Source: Minisyncoccia bacterium (GTDB lineage Bacteria > Patescibacteriota > Minisyncoccia > Phycocordibacterales > UBA5272). From it: a stretch of DNA of 57,086 nucleotides. Location: positions 1 to 57,086 of the forward strand of contig JBBSJU010000001.1 in assembly GCA_038256975.1 (NCBI GenBank). Reading direction: 5' to 3'. Both the position numbers and the translations under genes were made by a program. Position 1 is the first letter of the stretch. The number at the start of each line of letters is the position of its first letter. The notes under the pieces are model-generated. The model was given only the letters and a program-made list of their open reading frames with translations, was not told the origin of the DNA and did not search any database. This document shows, piece by piece, positions 55,053 through 57,086 of this stretch.

Positions 55053-56159
55053 TTACCAGATGAACATTTTACCAAGACGAGCAGTCATTTGGTCGGTATA
55101 GTTTGAGCCTATGGTGTCGTAGTGCGCTTCAGCTTTTGCAATCATTTTTTCATAACGAATACGAGCTACGGGTTGACCATGATACATAGCAATATCTTCA
55201 AATGCCCTAACTTCAAGAGTGAAAGGTCGTCCATGTTCATTGTTCACACCCCATCCTGGATCAAGAAAGCCCGCATAGTGACTTCTGAACTCACCCAACT
55301 TTTCATCTATTGTAATCATTTCACATGCATATTCTTCGGGTACCTTGCAGTATTCTCGGGAGGATAGAATATAAAATCTGTCTTTCTCAAAGATAAGTGG
55401 AGTGTCGGTATGGGCTTTAGTAATCTCTTCAAAAAAAGTATGCGCATCATTCTTGGCATTCCAAATCACTGGTTCGAATACATGGCGTTTTGCGATGAAT
55501 CCAGCAGGTGCACCTTCATGAGCACGAAGATCGATAGTGAGTAGAGCAGTTTTTTGATCTGTACAAACCTCATCGTAAGAAAGATTCCGTTCGTCTTTTG
55601 TTGAATAAATAATATTTGAGTCCACAAGTGTTTTCAAGGTGTCGTCTTGGAGACGTGTATCGCCATTAAAAAACCGAATTTGGTTTAAGCTAAAGTCTGA
55701 ATCAAATTGTATGCGAAACGAATTTGGTTTAATGAATACATAGAGTTTTCCTTCAAAACCAATTGGAATCGTATCGTATTCCTGTACAAAGTCAGCCATA
55801 AGGCGAACGTGAAGATCGGCGCGGCCAGTAGATGATTTTGGATTTGCGTAGGCATAGACCCCGAGTTCTTTCGGGAGAATAATCTTCTCACGAACTTCGG
55901 CAACGTACATTCTTCCAGGTTCAAGAATAAAATCTTTAAGTTTACGCCCTCGGAACTCTTTTAAGGTTTCTGCAATTGATTTTTTGATTGATGCTTGAAA
56001 ACAGAAGGGAACTTCCATGAGACTCTCTCGTACAATAGTGAGGTCAAGTGAACTTGGTTTTACTGACCCAGCTTCTGTATTTTGAATAAGATTTTCATCT
56101 ATCAAAAAACGTATTGCAGTATCGTTAAACGCCCCCTTTCCTTCAAATGGAAGTTTCAT
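55053..56159 (-). CDS. dcd: dCTP deaminase, long two-domain form
   Basis: PSSLDL, ANPKSSTGRAD, LNQIRF, FYILSSRE, GEFRSHYAGFLDPGWG, LEVR. Confidence 0.9.
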   Translation of the reverse strand: MKLPFEGKGAFNDTAIRFLIDENLIQNTEAGSVKPSSLDLTIVRESLMEVPFCFQASIKKSIAETLKEFRGRKLKDFILEPGRMYVAEVREKIILPKELGVYAYANPKSSTGRADLHVRLMADFVQEYDTIPIGFEGKLYVFIKPNSFRIQFDSDFSLNQIRFFNGDTRLQDDTLKTLVDSNIIYSTKDERNLSYDEVCTDQKTALLTIDLRAHEGAPAGFIAKRHVFEPVIWNAKNDAHTFFEEITKAHTDTPLIFEKDRFYILSSREYCKVPEEYACEMITIDEKLGEFRSHYAGFLDPGWGVNNEHGRPFTLEVRAFEDIAMYHGQPVARIRYEKMIAKAEAHYDTIGSNYTDQMTARLGKMFIW

Positions 56160-56231
56160 TCCAAAATGGTACCTTTTTTATAATTTTTGTGAAGCACTGG
56201 TCAGGGGTGGATAAAGTGATATAGTTTTTGG

Positions 56232-57086
56232 ATGAAAGACAAAGAGCTTAAAAAGATTCTCGATGCAGAAAAAATGCGTCAAAAGAAAACGGTTACTTTG
56301 ATAGCTTCGGAAAATTATTGTTCAGATGATGTACGTGAAGCGCTTGCTTCGGAGATTGTAAATAAATACTCAGAAGGGTATCCGGGACGCCGTTACTATC
56401 GTGGACAGGAAAATGCCGACAAGGTAGAAAAACTTTGCCAAGAGAGGGCGCTGAAAGCATTTCACCTTTCTCCAAAAAATTGGGCAGTGAATGTTCAAGC
56501 GCTTTCTGGATCTCCTGCAAATCTCGCAACACTCCTTGCGCTTGTGCCACTTGGTGAGAAAGTAATGGGACTTCGTCTTGATCATGGAGGACACCTCACG
56601 CATGGGCACAGTGTTTCTGCAACAGGAAAATTATGGAAACAGGTTCCATACGGTGTTGATGAAAAAACCGAAGTGTTTGATTATGAAAATATCAAAGCAA
56701 TTGCGCTGAAAGAAAAGCCGTATTTGATTATCGCTGGTTATACTGCGTATCCTCGAAAAGTGGATTGGAAAAAGTTTCGGGAAATAGCGGATGCGTGTGG
56801 AGCGATACTTTTATGTGATATGTCGCATCTTTCTGGACTTGTAGCTGGCGGAGCGTATCCTGCACCATTTGGATACGCAGATGTGGTAACCACAACAACT
56901 CACAAGACACTTCGTGGACCCCGAAGCGCACTTATCTTTTCAAAAATTGATACTCGAAACTTATCAGTAAAAATAGATAAAGCGGTGTTTCCAGGGATTC
57001 AAGGTGGACCGCACATGAATCAGATTGCCGCTGTTGCAGTTGCACTTAAAGAAGCATCTCTTCCAAAATTTAAGACATATGCAAAG
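56232..57086 (+). CDS. glyA: Serine hydroxymethyltransferase, truncated by the window end (absent from the ORF track)
   Basis: Translated from ATG 56232: LIASENY, NKYSEGYPGRRYY, NVQALSGSPAN, GGHLTHG, DMSHLSGLVAG, TTTTHKTLRGPR, FPGIQGGP. Confidence 0.96.
   Translation, partial: MKDKELKKILDAEKMRQKKTVTLIASENYCSDDVREALASEIVNKYSEGYPGRRYYRGQENADKVEKLCQERALKAFHLSPKNWAVNVQALSGSPANLATLLALVPLGEKVMGLRLDHGGHLTHGHSVSATGKLWKQVPYGVDEKTEVFDYENIKAIALKEKPYLIIAGYTAYPRKVDWKKFREIADACGAILLCDMSHLSGLVAGGAYPAPFGYADVVTTTTHKTLRGPRSALIFSKIDTRNLSVKIDKAVFPGIQGGPHMNQIAAVAVALKEASLPKFKTYAK

Overview
Chromosomal segment of a Patescibacteria (CPR; most likely Parcubacteria) genome. This is inferred from compact, mostly SD-less housekeeping genes, no rplA after rplK, extended S10/S19 proteins and large Thr/Ser/Cys-rich surface proteins. 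The left end holds HU, four tRNAs (Gly-TCC, Pro-TGG, Gly-GCC, Arg-TCG), a likely dnaA-unlinked oriC with about 7 parS-like sites, cca, recJ, rnhA, a frameshifted comEC, an ECF sigma module and rpmB. The centre is tuf plus an S10/spc operon that lacks rpmC and is interrupted by a degenerate RpoD-like gene. Then come recG and a mosaic accessory region (33.8-47.6 kb), followed by secE-nusG-rplK and a thymidylate/folate module (CofE-like, folA, thyA, dcd, glyA). Two candidates stand out as possibly undescribed systems. (1) A 90-bp covarying structured element plus long inverted repeats in the 3' trailers of the minus-strand tRNAs, whose closing stems copy the T-arm of the adjacent tRNA. (2) An AT-rich nucleotide/amino-acid tailoring gene set: GT4-NMP kinase fusion, GT2, CMPK2-like kinase, HD hydrolase, an archaeal-type SAM synthetase with an altered substrate motif, an S51 peptidase, an NDK-like protein and a GluRS paralogue lacking HIGH/KMSKS. 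No CRISPR, rRNA, integrase or transposase was seen. All calls come from motif recognition by eye; GC statements are visual estimates.
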